DNA of 63,112 nucleotides, counting the filler, from Reticulomyxa filosa (Eukaryota; Protista; Foraminifera): NCBI GenBank assembly GCA_000512085.1. It is 23 parts of 23 records of this genome, joined end to end, with 100 filler letters (N's around TTAATTAATTAA, not from the genome) between each part and the next. Parts side by side here need not be neighbours in the genome. Positions count along the whole stretch, not along the records: positions 12,056 to 16,565 come from ASPP01025216.1; positions 16,666 to 17,821 come from ASPP01018245.1; positions 17,922 to 19,027 come from ASPP01012495.1; positions 19,128 to 26,480 come from ASPP01004237.1; 19 more parts are not named here. One strand, written 5' to 3'. Each line of letters opens with the position of its first letter. The first letter of the stretch is position 1. The notes beneath the pieces were generated by a model. The model was not told the origin of the DNA. It searched no databases and worked only from the letters and a program-made list of their open reading frames with translations. This document shows positions 12,056 through 24,652 of the stretch, piece by piece. The position numbers and the translations under genes are program-made.

Positions 12056-15000
12056 GATCGAGTTTCCTTTGTTCGCCAGCGCCGTCTTTTGAGTGCTTCG
12101 AGTTTCCACTTGACATTGTCACAATATTAAAGAAATGAAACACGTCATTGGGTCCAAATTGTAAGTCAATTTGTCACATTTTGAGCATTGGAAACACTAA
12201 TGTTATTTGGTGAATTTGATCCCATGATGATGGCCGTGGTCACATTACCATGCCGACCCCTTTGTAACGTCCCAGCTTCAAAACTCGCCTTCACATTCTG
12301 GACATCATCGTTTCAAATATTGGCGACTCAGATAATCGTTGTGGCGACGTTTTAATTGTTTCACAAGTAATCTTCGTTTTGGTGGACACTTAGAGTACGT
12401 ATTCCTTTGTGCGCTCCATTGTTCTTGTCTCATCCATCGTGCCACTTCACAACTATCTGTTCGTCTGTCGTGAAATGCGTTGTACCAATCAAACGGATCG
12501 TAGCCATCGTACGCCATTGATCACTTCCACGATCTCACCTAATTCCAAGAGGCTAGTTGTTGTTGTTGTTTTCTCCGATTCTGTCCATTTTGTTGCGTTA
12601 CTGTCTTGGTTGAACTTGGGCAGCAAATTGGCTGTATTGCGTTGTCTATTTTTCCAAATTTCAAAGTTCAGCATTGTACATCATTTGAAAAAAAAAAAAA
12701 AAAGTCAGATTAACTCTTTTTTTCACCGTTGCAACTTGCATCCGTTGTCCAATATTATATTTTTTCCACTATCGTCGTCGCTGTCATCTTGTTTCCACTT
12801 CCGAAATAGATTGATTCACGACAATCGATCTTCGTTTGGCAAACGTACCTACATTTTACATTCGAACCAAAGTCACTCATCAATTGATATACGTCTTTTG
12901 ACTTCAAACACATGTTGCACCTGAAAATAGTGGTATTTGTTGTACATACCGTCATGAGCACCAGGAGTCCATTCGTCTATAAAGAAAACACAATATAGCA
13001 ATACATACTTAAAAAAATTATTTCTAAAAGAACAGATCTAATTCAATGCAAATAACTTCATTCTCGACAAAAGGAGGATAACCAATGTACTTGATGATCT
13101 TGCCGCCCCTCCACTGACGAAAACTATGCGACTGTCAGATTTTAATGGTTTTAATTGGAAGGTCGCATTTGAGGTTTCCGAGCCCAATGGCTTCACCAAA
13201 GGAATCATTACTTGAGAAATTTATCCTCTCGCGTGGAATGGCCACGACATACATTGGCCTCAAAAAGATTCTTTCCTCACGCTGTCCCATTGTGCCATAA
13301 GTGTTCAATGTATCCAGCTCCAAATCAGTGATATTTTCTTTCATCTCCAATGCGCTTCACCACTTCTTCTTTTCCTCCGATCTTGAATTGACTTTTCGGT
13401 TATGGCTCTTGCGGAGGTGTTGTGTATCGTCTTCGTCATCGAAGTTGTTATCGTTGTTGCATGCAGTTTGCTTTCTAACATCAAAAACAAAATCCAACAA
13501 TAATTAAGGACTTTGTTTTCCAAAAGCAAATAAATAAATTATACCACTGGCCCTAGTTTCTCTACAACGAAATTCACCAACATACTTTTTGTGCGTCCAT
13601 TTTTGGCTTGCTGTCTTTGTCTTCGTTTTCGTTTCGTCCTCATTTTCATTCACTTCTGCTTCTTCCTCGCTTTTTTGATACCGTCCAAAGATATTTCCGA
13701 GTTCGAGTCCCGTTTCTCGCCTCGACTAAAGTCAGCCCGCCAACACATTTCACGACACCTTTACGAACACGACCGCCAACTTTGACGTTTTTGCTCTTGT
13801 GCCAGCCCTACCACGGTCAGTTCGTAACTCCCACGACATGGAATTTTCCGTCATGTACCCCCTTTATCAGTCATGGCCCCTTTATCCGTCATGTGCCACC
13901 TTTATCCATTGAGCAATCCCAAAATGATCATTTTCTCGCATTTGTTAAATCCAATGAGTGTGGTCTCACTTCATTTTGCCATTGATCATTTTTACTTTGT
14001 TGTCGACTTTGCAAGCTTGGACGAACTAGAAGCTGTGCTGGCCTCCGTCGTAATGACCCAAGTACAAGCCACTCAATGCATCCGAATCAGTCTTGACAAT
14101 GTGAATAGTCAGAAATTCTTTGAATTCAATTATTCGAAGAGGTCTGCCGCTCGTCCAACTCAATTACAACGGTAGCTTTTCCAAAGAAACAAGCGGTCCT
14201 AATAGTGACGTCTTGTTCGAACATGGTTTATGATTAAATGCATTCTGGTCAATCGTTAGTGGACAGAATCTGATGGCTTATCAGTCAAACAATGGAGCCA
14301 AGTTTTTTCATTCAATCACAATTATTTCTTCTCTTTCTTTTTATTATTGTTATAAAATTGCACCTCTATCATTGGTTTTCTTGTACGTACTCAATCATCA
14401 TCACTAGGTCATTGAAGTTCGTCTTTTTTATTTGGAACGCTGCATTGGAACTTGCCTTTCTATATGCAAAATACCTATGGCATGTGATAACTCAAACAAC
14501 ATTGTTTCGCATATTCATCTATATTTTGCATTTACATCACAAAAACCAAAACAAATCATAAATAATAATAACAAGTATACATATGTATTTATTTATTTGT
14601 TGTTTATTATTACAAACAGATATAACGCAAAGCAAATGATAATAATTTCATTAGTGCCAGCTGCCTCAATGATTCCAATGAAACGAAGGAACCAATTTTG
14701 CGGCGTGAAACTAAATTTTATATCGACTTTGGAATGAAGCGAATAGTCTCAGAAGTCATCTTTGTCATCTGACCATGCTGTTTCTTGTGTTGACGATTGT
14801 AGCACAGACACCAAGTTTTCGACGATCTTGGATAGTCGAGCAAAATCAACAACGATTATGTAATCTTTTTTTTCGTATTGGCGAGTCACCACAGAGATTC
14901 TTTCTGGCCCAACAAAGAATCAGCAACCTTTGCCAGCGGTAAAGTATATATTGGTATTACGATGAGCAAGACTGCAATGCGAATAACAATTGCCAACTGC

Positions 15001-15310
15001 ATCCGATCCACTTGTATCCGAGAAGTCTTTACCATAAAAACCAATCAGCACATCCATCATTTGATTTGAACACTCTTCCAGACTTCGACTTGATGTGATT
15101 TTTTCATTTTCGATTTCGGCTCTTCCAACATCTTTTCCTTGACTGTCGACAGTGACAAACAGCCATATCCTTCATGGGCATCCAGTACTTTTCTACACGC
15201 AGCTGCCGTTATGCCGTTTATTGGACTACAATAACTCGCTGGTTTGGTCATTGGCGAGCTGGATCCAAGCAACAAATATTTCAAGGTCGTCAAACTGACC
15301 ACTTAACAAA
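12056..15310 (-). pseudogene. Mosaic of decayed coding fragments (CAP-Gly-like at ~12950-13300, Cys-rich Zn-ribbon-like at ~12150-12310); body of repeat element copy A
   Basis: DRIVFVSG..KIIKYIGYPPFVENEVICIELD aligns with 32290-32390, and 13590-13700 aligns with 31778-31900. CPECEGEF...CFQCSKCD contains stops. Confidence 0.6.
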
Positions 15311-15359
15311 TAAAATATTCACAATGTCGTCTAATTGTCAAGACGACATCTCCTTTGCA

Positions 15360-16565
15360 CAGTGCGCTCATGCGCATATAAATTTTTTTTCATTTTTCCA
15401 ACTATTTTTTTTCTCTTTTACTATTTTTTTTTCTTTTTTTTTCCATCTTTTTTCTTTTTTTTTCTCTTTTTTCAATCTTTTTTCTTTTTTTTTCTCTTTT
15501 AATCTTTTTTTTTCCTTTTTTTTCCTTTTTTCAATAATCTTATTTTTTTCTTTTTCCAACATTTTATTGATTTTTTTTAATCTTTTTTTTTATTTTTTAA
15601 ACAAAATTTTCCCAACAATTTTTCCCACTTTCCCACTTTTCCACTTTTTTCCCATCAACCCCCTAAATCTCAAATAGAAATAAAAAATAAAAAATAAATA
15701 AACAAAAAAACTTTCAAACACGTTATTGATCTTGTTTCCTACACACAAACACAAATTAAATAATTTTTTTATTTTTGAAAGAAAAAATAAAAAACCATAC
15801 TTTTGCTTTGGAGCCAAAAGCTCCAATTCCAACTAATCTATTTTTTTTCTTTGTTACGGGGAGGGGGCATATAGAATTTTTTTGTGTGGGGGGCATGCCT
15901 ATTTACAACCACACAACATTTTATTAAAAAAAACATAAAAATAAAAAAATACATACTCTTTTATTTTTTTTTGAATGCTGGTTGGCTTCAACCCCCGAAG
16001 TTTTTCTTTGTGGAGTATGTGGGCAGTAGCAATACAGGTTGTTTTTTTGACACGGGTTGCGGCTATTATTCAAAACAACGACGTTAACTACATAAAAAAT
16101 TTATGATATATAACAAACCTTTATTACTCCTTGCGGAGACGGGGGGCCTTACCCCATATCCAATTTTTTTTTTTTTTGGTTTTGAGGATGAACATCATCC
16201 AAATGAAAAAATCATTTTTTTTTTTTGATAAACGGGCTTCGGCTGCTATTGAAAAACAAAAAAATTGTCAAAAAAAAAAAATGAATATATACAAATATGC
16301 AAACCTCTTTTTCTCCTTGTGGAGACGGGGGGCCTTACCCCATATTTCATTATTTTTCTTTTGTTAACGGATGCAAAGCATCCAAATGAAAAAACAATCA
16401 TTTTTTTTTTATCAAATTGCGAGACCTGTTAAAAGAGTGTTTTTTGTTTTGTTTGAAGTTACAAAATTAATTTAAAAAACAGAAAAAAAACGTACTAGTG
16501 CTGTGTGAGAGTGCGAATTTCACCCTAATTACAAACTGGTACTAGAAGAGAGACAACCAAAAGGG
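15360..16565 (-). repeat. Dispersed structured-head repeat, copy A (internal ~186-bp module duplication) plus purine tract
   Basis: Reverse complement aligns colinearly with 29190-30290 and 46060-47160. The 29-nt core occurs at 16127-16155 and 16313-16341. Confidence 0.9.
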
Positions 16566-16752
16566 NNNNNNNNNNNNNNNNNNNNNNNNNNNNNNNNNNN
16601 NNNNNNNNNTTAATTAATTAANNNNNNNNNNNNNNNNNNNNNNNNNNNNNNNNNNNNNNNNNNNNTTTTTTTTTCAAAAAAAAAAAAAAACTAAAATTTG
16701 CATAGATATGTACTCCTCCACATGAAATGCACAACACCGGCGTTTTGAACAG

Positions 16753-17769
16753 GTCTCTCGTCCTTTGTTGGCATTTATGACGGCAATCGCATTTTTGATA
16801 GGCTCTTTTTGTTCGGCGTTGGCAGGATACACGGGAGTTTGGACGAGCGTCCGTGTGAACTTACGAGTGGCCGCAGCGGCGTCAAAGTACAATTACGTGA
16901 ACGCGTTTTTGTTGGCATTTCGCGGCGGAGCAGTGAGTGCCGTGCTCAGCGCATCGCTGTGTATATTGGGCATCAGTGGTCTTTACATTGTCTGTCAATT
17001 GATCTTTGTGTCCCTGTTAGGAGTACCGCAATCCGATATCCCATTGCTCTTGGGAGGTTATGGCTTTGGCGCGTCCTTTGTGGCTCTGTTCATGCAACTG
17101 GGAGGAGGCATTTACACCAAGGCAGCTGATGTCGGTGTGTGTGTGTGTGTGTGTGTGATAGTTTCAATTTCAAATACAATAAAAACAAAATAAATAAATA
17201 AATATATATGTATATAATAATATATTTATTTGTTTATTTATTTTAAACATTAGCATTATAACAATAACATTAATATATTAACACACATTTGTGCTTTTGA
17301 AGGTGCCGATATGTGTGGCAAGATTGAACAAGGCATTCCCGAAGACGATCCTCGAAACCCGGCGGTGATAGCCGACTTAGTTGGGGACAATGTCGGCGAT
17401 TGTGCCGGCAGTATGGCCGATGTGTTCGAGTCGATTGCCGGAGAAATGATTGGAACGATGATTTTGGGTGGCACGTTGGCCGATCAGGCGGGCATTGAAA
17501 ATGCACAGTTGTTTGTTTTTTTTCCATTGATTATTCACGCTTTGGACTTGGTCGTGTCTGGAATTGGAATCATGCTGACCATACCCAAAAACTCCACTGA
17601 AGACGCTATTGTGTCGATGAAACGTGGATACTCGGTTGCTTTGGCCATCGCCGTTGTTTGCTTTACCATTGTCTGTCGGCTCATGCTTCATACTCCAAAA
17701 GCCCCCAGTGCATGGTGGCATTTCGCTTTGTGTGGATTTGTTGGACTCATTTGCGCTTATTTACTTGTG
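16753..17769 (+). CDS. H+-translocating pyrophosphatase, type II (AVP2/VHP2-like), two internal exons
   Basis: Exons 16753-17134 and 17303-17769. [62 protein letters not shown]; the [11 protein letters not shown] form resembles type II enzymes. Confidence 0.95.
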
Positions 17770-18001
17770 GTATGTTTTTTTTGATGAGTAATCGTTTTTT
17801 TTTTTTTTTTTTTTTTTTTTTNNNNNNNNNNNNNNNNNNNNNNNNNNNNNNNNNNNNNNNNNNNNTTAATTAATTAANNNNNNNNNNNNNNNNNNNNNNN
17901 NNNNNNNNNNNNNNNNNNNNNCAAGCGCGAGGTCCTGGCCCGCGACATCGACGACCGGGAACGCTGAACGTCCCGTCTGACTGAGGGGCGAACGAGGTAG
18001 G

Positions 18002-19027
18002 ATGACAGATCAAGCCCCGCCCGGATCGATTTCCGGGACCCCGGCCGCGAAGACTCCTGGTGCGCAGAGCGCCGTCGGGGCGGCGTCGGTCCGGCGTCGC
18101 CGCCGGTTCCCGCTGGTCTGGCTCGTGCCCATCGTGACGGCGCTGATTGCCGGCTGGCTTGCCTGGGACGCCTTCTCCAAGCGCGGTCCCGTGATCACCG
18201 TGTCCTTCGACACGGCCGCCGGCCTGACGGCCGGCCAGTCGCAGCTCAAGTACCGCAATGTCGTCATGGGGACGGTGAAGACCATCACAATCCCGCCCGA
18301 CCTGTCGAATGTGCTGGTGACGATCGAGACGGTGAAGGAAGCCGAGCCGCTGCTCACCGACAAGACGATCTTCTGGGTGGTGAAGCCGCAGCTCTTCGCC
18401 GGCAACATCTCCGGTCTCGAGACCATCCTGTCCGGCTCCTACATCGGCATGCGGCCGTCGTCCGAAGCGGGCGCCGCCAGGCGGGATTTCGTCGGCCAGG
18501 AGGATCCGCCGATCCTGCAGGCCTCGGTAAAAGGCACGACATTCCGGCTCGATTCGCGTCGGCTGGGCTCGATCAGCCTCGGCGCCCCGATCTTCTTCCG
18601 CGACATCGAGGTCGGCACCGTGCTGGGCTGGGACCTGCACGATCTCGCCAGCCGGGTCGCCATCCATGCCTTCGTGCGCGCGCCGTACGACCGCTATGTG
18701 CGCAACGACTCCAACTTCTGGAACGCCTCGGGCCTGTCGGTCACGCTCGGCGCCAATGGCATCAACATCGAGATGGAATCGCTGCGGGCCATTCTCCTGG
18801 GCGGCATCGCCTTCGATACGGCGCACGATTCGACGGCGCCGATCAGCCCGCCCGGCCAGCGCTTCAAGCTCTACGCCAACATCGAGGAAGCCAAGTCGGC
18901 GGGATTCGGCCAGCAGATCAAGCTGATCTCCTATTTCCCAGGTTCGGTTGCCGGTGTGACGGTGGGCGCGGAGGTCAGGTTCCACGGCCTGAAGATCGGC
19001 GAGGTCACGAACGTCGGGCTGGTCTAC
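18002..19027 (+). CDS. pqiB: Bacterial PqiB/MCE (MlaD-domain) intermembrane transport protein, partial
   Basis: GC-rich intronless contig with a GAGG SD before the ATG. Motifs: VWLVP, GP.ITVSF..A.GL.AG, FWVVKP, GLETILSGSYI, GAPIFFRDIEVG, FWNASG, GGIAFD. Confidence 0.93.
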
Positions 19028-19127
19028 NNNNNNNNNNNNNNNNNNNNNNNNNNNNNNNNNNNNNNNNNNNNTTAATTAATTAANNNNNNNNNNNNNNNNN
19101 NNNNNNNNNNNNNNNNNNNNNNNNNNN

Positions 19128-19562
19128 GTCTGCCTTACCATTAGATTGGATTCTTGATCCAATTCCAAGTGATGTATTTTGTCCCAACAGTAGAGCCGAT
19201 TAGTATAAAGACACCTTGCCTCGGCCTTCACAAGACTTGTGTCAGCGAGTGAGTTTCGGTTTTGCCCGATGTTCAGTAGAAATTACCCGACCCTCGAAGA
19301 TCCCAAACACAAAAACCTGGTATTTGCCTCGAGATTGCCAATTTCTCAAAGGCGTCGAACACTCTTAGGCAAGCAATGTTCGAACTTCTCCCCGTAAGCC
19401 GCCCGTTTCCAGTAAAAGGGTTACTATCCCAGTTACCAGGAATTTGCAACTGAGGTCAGGACACGATGGAAGTTTTAAAAGCACTTCCACCTTTCATAGT
19501 CACACACCACGCAGCTGCTGAACCGACGATACCCGAAAATGAATTGCAACGAAAAACGTTGC
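19128..19562 (-). ncRNA. Candidate large structured RNA or structured leader, unidentified
   Basis: About ten helices, several nested. Several imperfect positions are G-U pairs only on the minus strand. No long ORF covers the region (see findings). Confidence 0.45.
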
Positions 19563-20599
19563 CAAAAACAATATCAAAAGGTAATAAGCCTGTATTGAAA
19601 TTCCAAAAACGAAAAGGAAAAACATCATAACCAAGCACAATACAGTACTAAGATTACAATGTCTTACAAAGTAATCAAATGAAAACAAGACCAAAAGCAA
19701 GATAAAATATTTAATATCAAAAAACTGAAAGAAAAAATGAAACACAGAAACAATACCCAAAAACATATTAATGTTTCTTCCCTAAATTATTGAATATCAA
19801 CGTAGATTTTGATCAGACCGGTTGATATCACAAAACCTCCAAATCCCATAAAGAGACCCAGTAGCTCATAATTTAAAAAAAGAAAGCAAAGTGGAATTTG
19901 TTCCAACAAAAACTTTAATATGTGCTGAAATTTTAGATCTAATCCTAGTTAAAAGGCACCTTGTCCCAAAAGGAACACAGCACTCAAATAAAAAAAAAGG
20001 AAAAATTTGTTAAAACTCACTCGCAATCAACACAATAAGCAAAAATATCAATTTAAAGTCTTAATTAAATTTAAAATATCAAAATAGCAAAGTAAATTTC
20101 AAAGGTTGAAGAAAACAATTTGGCTCTTCCATGTGGAGTGAATTATAGGATGTTGCTCAACTGAATTCTCTGAGCCTTGTTTTCGAAGTATTGAAGTCTC
20201 ATAAAATATTAATATTCAATTCACTTCTTTTAACAAATTAAAAAAAACTAAAACTAAAATTAAAATTTAATACTTAAAATAATTGTGGTGAATGTTTAAT
20301 TGCAATTAATCTTGTTGAAGACGAAAATCGTTGCTAATAATCAAAGATTAACTAACTTCGAACTTCTTTAAGATAATGCTAGATGTTGCAGTAACTAGTT
20401 GTTTTGTGCTTGTTTTCCTTCAAAATACAACTTTTTTTTCAAAAGTTTATATCGATGATGAAGGGATGAAGGATGTTTAAATGATTTTTTTTTTATATGT
20501 GCTGAATGAAGATTGTTAAAAGTAACACTAATTCAACCAAAATCACTTTGGTCAAAGTTTCCATTCGTTTGCAAGCCCTAAAGGACCATAATTAATTCA

Positions 20600-22790
20600 T
20601 CAGAAACTGAAAGCTATGTAAGTCTCATTTGAGGAGTCCCAGTGATTGGGAGACACAATACAGCCTTTATTTGCCTTTGCTTTCCAGACGAACGCATTCG
20701 GCATCCTTCGAATTTTGCTTTGTTTGGTCTTTTTTTTGCTTGTTTTTTCTTTATGTAGGTGATCTTGCCATGCCACCATTGGAGATTTATTTTGGACATT
20801 TGTCCATTCCCTAGAGCGCTAGCTGTTTGTCCCTACTTTTGGTTATTTGCTGCTGATAATTATGAAGGGCTTCGATTTTTTTTTTAAATAAGCCACACTC
20901 CACTCACAATGTTAGAAATCCAACTGTCACTATTAAAAAAAAATTTTTATCCTCCGTTCTTCGGCTGATTCAACACATTCTCCAACAAACTCATTTTCAT
21001 CTTCATCTCCCACATACCTTCATGAAATTTTTGCCCAGTATTACTACTTACTATCACCATTCTCATTTCATGAAATTATACTTCTTCTATACCCTCTATA
21101 TTTTGATATCAGACTACTCATTGCTTCATCTTTCACTCATCACTGATTTTGGGTTATATCGTTGATTTTATTAATAATAAAAGATGTGATAATGATGATC
21201 CCTGTGGGACTCCAGTCTTGAATAACCTCTTAGTTGAACTAACTCCGTTCAAGACTACTTGACCTACTCTTTCTTCAGAAAACTATCGAGCCACCAATAT
21301 AACCTTCAATTGATGTTAAATTCTCGTCGCATCTTGTATCTCAGAATATTTTCCACACTGTTGTATGCCGAAGGAGTGCCAGCAACACTTCGTATGTGAC
21401 TGAGTTCTCGCCAAATGAAGCACAAATTGATTCTGTTAATCGCAATGTTTGTTTACTTTGTAAATTACTTTAATTCCGAGCGTTGCTTTTCCAACATCTA
21501 CAACGTATTCTGTCTATTGTTTGACTGCTATATCCAACATGTTTGGGTCATTGTAGAGATATTGTGGCAATGATTGTCGCCATTCTTGCAGTCTGCTAAT
21601 GCACGGCAAAATGCTTCCCATTTTTCAATACTCAGATTCCAAGTTCATTATCTGGTTCTCGATCTTAGACAACATTGGATGAGATTGGAAGATGATCTGA
21701 GTGCCCCAGAATTGATTGTACATATTCTGGAGCTGCTGATCTCTCATAACTATATTCTCCGACCTGAAACACTCCCGAAGTATACAGACATGTAGTTGAA
21801 CTACGTGTAGGTTCTGCTCTAGCAGTTGAGCTTTCGAATCAAAGCCGTTAATATTATTCTGGAAAATGATTAACTCGTTCATTGATTATTTTCTATTCTG
21901 CTAGTCCCTTTGTTGTACTCTCGTCGTAATTGTCCTGTGAGCAAGCTGTCGCATAATTGCGCTAAGTTGTGCCACCATTAATCGAAGTTCCGAAATATCT
22001 TTCCTCATTTTAATGATTTTGTCTTGTTGATTGTTCTGTCAGATTCGTCTGTCATCTGGCTCTTTGTCTTTTTGGTTGAAAATGATGCCGATTATTAATC
22101 CCTTCTTTCCTCATTTTCATTGCTTTTCTTTTCTGTGGTGAGTCATGTTGATGCATTGTATTTGTATCTTGGGTACACTCTCCAAATTGTGATTATTTTG
22201 CTTTTCTCGACCAATCTATATTCTTTCTTTTCAATAACTTTCTTGTCTCGCCTTGACAGATCGACTCCAATTTTTGACATTGTTTGTGTGATATATATAA
22301 AATGGAGTCTCTCGCATGATTGCCTTTGTACAAAATACATATCCTTCTCTTTGCATTTCTTTTGTTGTAGCAATCATCGTAAGCGTGATTCGTTCGTCCA
22401 CAAAAATTACACTTTCTTTTCCTGATACAATCTTTGGCGAAATTATTTAGCCCAAAGCAATTCTTGCGCTAGTTGAAGTGTGATCTTGGACCACTTCGAT
22501 ATTTATCATAGTACTCGTACTCTGCCATATTATATACAATGCCTTTTTGTATTTTCTGTATTCGAAAATCACTTTTATGATCGGCAGGCTTTTAAATCGC
22601 TCCACTTACTCTACGTCATATTCCATTTCTTGAATTGTTTCCATGATCTCTTCTTCTGTTTCACGAGTGAAACATTCTTCGGCAGGGCACATCGATTAGT
22701 TTCTATCTAAAAGATAACAGGGGTAACAGCCTAGAGAAAGGGAGTGGCAGCAACGCGCGAGTGGCCTCAGGCTCCGAGCAAGAAAAGACC
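20600..22790 (-). mobile_element. Decayed, internally deleted non-LTR retrotransposon (LINE): ORF1 zinc knuckles, APE endonuclease, RT
   Basis: 22295-22470: KNCFGLNNFAKDC / CNFCGRTNHAYDDC / CILYKGNHARDSI (three CCHC knuckles). 21625-21882: LIIFQNNING...ILRECF (APE start). 21165-21380: SAYNSV...LYWWLDSFL..RVGQVVLNG...TGVPQGSSLS (RT). Contains stops and frameshifts; boundaries approximate. Confidence 0.88.
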
Positions 22791-23239
22791 AACGACTTGA
22801 AATGCTTCAACAATGTTTATATTTGTTTTTATTTTCACTTTATCATAATTTTGTTTCTTGATAAATTTAGAATGTTTGTTAAAGAAACATTAAAATATTT
22901 TATAACAAGTCTTTTCGTGTTGTCTATTTGTAGATTTAATAATCTTGCACAAACATTGTATTTTATTGATAATTTATTTAAGGCATTGTAATTTTAGTAT
23001 TTTATTCAATATTAACGATTTCTTGTGTTAACATATGTATATTTCTTTTTTATAATTTCAATAATACAGCTAAAAAAAAGCTAATTTAGTAAAAAAAATT
23101 TGTTAATATTTAAAAACTTTACTTTCTAACAACAAAAATAAAATTGACGTTGTTCCCAACAATATACAGTTTTTTTTTTCTTACGAATAAAAAATTCATT
23201 TAAGACCACAAAGCTTAGAAAGATTTTTTATTTTCCTTT

Positions 23240-24095
23240 ATGATGACAGATAATCAACTAACCCTTCGCAAACCTCGAATATTAGTTGGAGCAACTGGAA
23301 GTGTGGCAACAATCAAACTTGACCTACTTTGCCAGCAACTGAGTGTTTTTGCAGAGGTGAGTTTCAAAGCGAATACTGTCTCCCTCCCCTTCCTTGCTTA
23401 CACGGACAATTGATTATATTATAGGTTCGAGTGTGTGTAACATCACATGCAGAACATTTTATAAAATCTGAAAATTATCAGTCGAATATCTTTGTGACAA
23501 TGACGAATGGCAAAGTTGGCAGAAAAGAGGAGATCCAGTCTTGCACATTGAATTGCGCAAATGGGCTGACATTTTTTTAATTGCTCCATTGGATGCAAAC
23601 ACACTATCAAAATTTGCCCACGGATTATGTGATAATCTTTTAGTTTTGTATATGCATTTTTTTTTCTCTTAATGTGCAAGATCTGTAAATAAACAAACAA
23701 ACAAAAAGACAAGTGTGTTTCGAGCTTGGGACTTTTCGAACTCTCACAAAATTGTTATTTTAGCACCTGCAATGAATACGTATATGTGGGACAATCCACT
23801 CACTAGCAAATGTTTGGAAAAGCTGCAAAAACAGTTCAAATACTCAAAAATACATATTATTTGGCCCATTTCAAAACAATTGATGTGCAAGGATGTTGGA
23901 GTTGGAGCCATGGAGGAAGTTCCCAAGATTGTGCAAGCTGTGCACTCTCAATGGCAAAAATGCTTGAAAGACAATGATAATAATAATGATATTGACACAA
24001 AAACAACAGCAATGCGAGCGTCGCAGATACGGATACTTGTTGCAAGTCTTGTGCTATTTTCATTTTGTTGCATTAGTTTGAGAAACAAAAGATAG
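23240..24095 (+). CDS. PPCDC: Phosphopantothenoylcysteine decarboxylase (HAL3/CoaC family), 3 exons, one apparent frameshift
   Basis: Exons 23240-23356, 23425-23642 and 23709-24095. Motifs: [51 protein letters not shown]. One A is missing at 23471-23474. Confidence 0.92.
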
Positions 24096-24652
24096 CCACT
24101 ATTTTCTTTTTTTAATGTTTGACTCGAATTTATACATCAAAAAATTGTGTAATTTTTGATGGCAGCATAATCTATACATTATATAGTGACTGCAATATCA
24201 CAAAAAGCTGAAACTTGTTCTAAGTTATAAATAAATAAATGTGACTATTAGCCCTATGGTATCAATATGTAAAGCTCCAAGTAAATGAAGAGCTTTTAAG
24301 AATAATCAAAATTAAAACTTTTACAAAACAATTTCTAATTACTTGTTTCTGTTTCAGACATTGTATGTTGTAATTGAAGTTTTCACAAACAAATTTTAGA
24401 TTTTGCAATCTAAAAGTGTAAAATTTGTTTCATTATTGTGTTCTCACTAGTGATCGATTTTTTTTAAAATATGTCACCATTGAAATTTTTTATCAAATTT
24501 CATTACATATAATCAATGGCTCGTTCTATCATAAATTAAACTTAATCCGTGCCTCTTTTTAACTCGTTGGTAGTTTGGTTCAAAAGTTGTTGTTACAAGG
24601 ATCCACTTTACCGGTAGTATTTTTGTGCCATCACAATAACATCTGATATAGG

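Noticed and set aside
15174-15677. Phe-rich and Lys-rich ORFs (also 29805-30167 and 46756-47177)
   Set aside because: Translation artefacts of the purine/pyrimidine tract.
16505-16545. Helitron 3' end (hairpin + CTAG) for the repeat head
   Set aside because: CTAG is absent in copy B and is followed by A rather than T, and homology between copies continues past it.
17870-18985. 371-aa minus-strand ORF
   Set aside because: Antisense shadow of the GC-rich pqiB gene.
19394-19410. GTAAGCCGCCCGTTTCC resembles the head core GTAAGGCCCCCCGTCTCC
   Set aside because: Short match with no flanking homology, lying on the strand opposite the predicted RNA. Treated as chance until tested.
19404-19432. Hammerhead ribozyme (minus strand CTGGGA-stem-GAAAC)
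   Set aside because: The core is not CTGANGA and there is no stem III/NUH site.
22715-22785. HDV-like ribozyme at the LINE 5' end
   Set aside because: Only a superficial GGCCAC..GC likeness; P1 and P2 could not be built.
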